From NCBI GenBank assembly GCA_046262595.1, contig JBHEMM010000008.1:6231-43427 (forward strand): a stretch of 37,197 nucleotides of DNA, read 5' to 3'. Shown in pieces: positions 37,132 through 37,197 of the stretch. The notes beneath the pieces are model-generated. The model worked only from the letters and a program-made list of their open reading frames with translations, ran no database searches and was not told where the DNA came from. The position numbers and the translations under genes are program-made. Numbering within the stretch: position 1 is the stretch's first letter; the number at the start of each line of letters is the position of its first letter. The stretch is from Vulcanimicrobiaceae bacterium (GTDB lineage Bacteria > Vulcanimicrobiota > Vulcanimicrobiia > Vulcanimicrobiales > Vulcanimicrobiaceae).

Positions 37132-37197
37132 ATGATTCGCATTCCTCGATGGGCAGCAACGGCTGCGGCGCTTGCGCTCGCAGGAACGTTCGCCGCG
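37132..37197 (+). CDS. N-terminus of an exported protein (truncated by window edge)
   Basis: AGGA RBS then MIRIPRWAATAAALALAGTFAA..., signal-peptide-like. Confidence 0.6.
   Translation, partial: MIRIPRWAATAAALALAGTFAA

Overview
High-GC bacterial chromosomal segment. Gene style and small-protein families suggest Candidatus Eremiobacterota/Vulcanimicrobiota (inference only). It holds about 40 tightly packed genes. The left end is a small surface-polysaccharide cluster (GT2-GT4 fusion, SAM methyltransferase, Wzx-like flippase). Next come an Ogt/ATL-like protein, small ORFs, tRNA-Ser(UGA), a zinc-ribbon protein, NnrD, a histidine phosphatase, a DEAD-box helicase, a cupredoxin, a SpoIIE/HATPase sensor, a cytochrome c, a DUF2249-Crp regulator and a heme-oxygenase-like diiron enzyme. 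The rest is mostly housekeeping: serS, moeA, hisC-like, smpB, tilS, hpt, ftsH, two M16-like proteins, glycosyltransferases, rsmA, a G5/3D protein, mpg, rho, rluB and aroF. No mobile element or CRISPR array was seen. Most notable observations: (1) an apparent ribosome-mediated attenuator (promoter, 25-aa leader peptide with Tyr-Tyr, mutually exclusive hairpins, terminator) upstream of the uncharacterised diiron oxidase; (2) a perfect LexA-type box inside a leaderless promoter driving an unknown degenerate RNase H-like protein plus Mpg; (3) probable non-canonical start codons (ATT for the DEAD-box helicase, CTG for hisC-like and rho); (4) a recurring GGGTA(A/C) promoter-like motif before stress-type genes.
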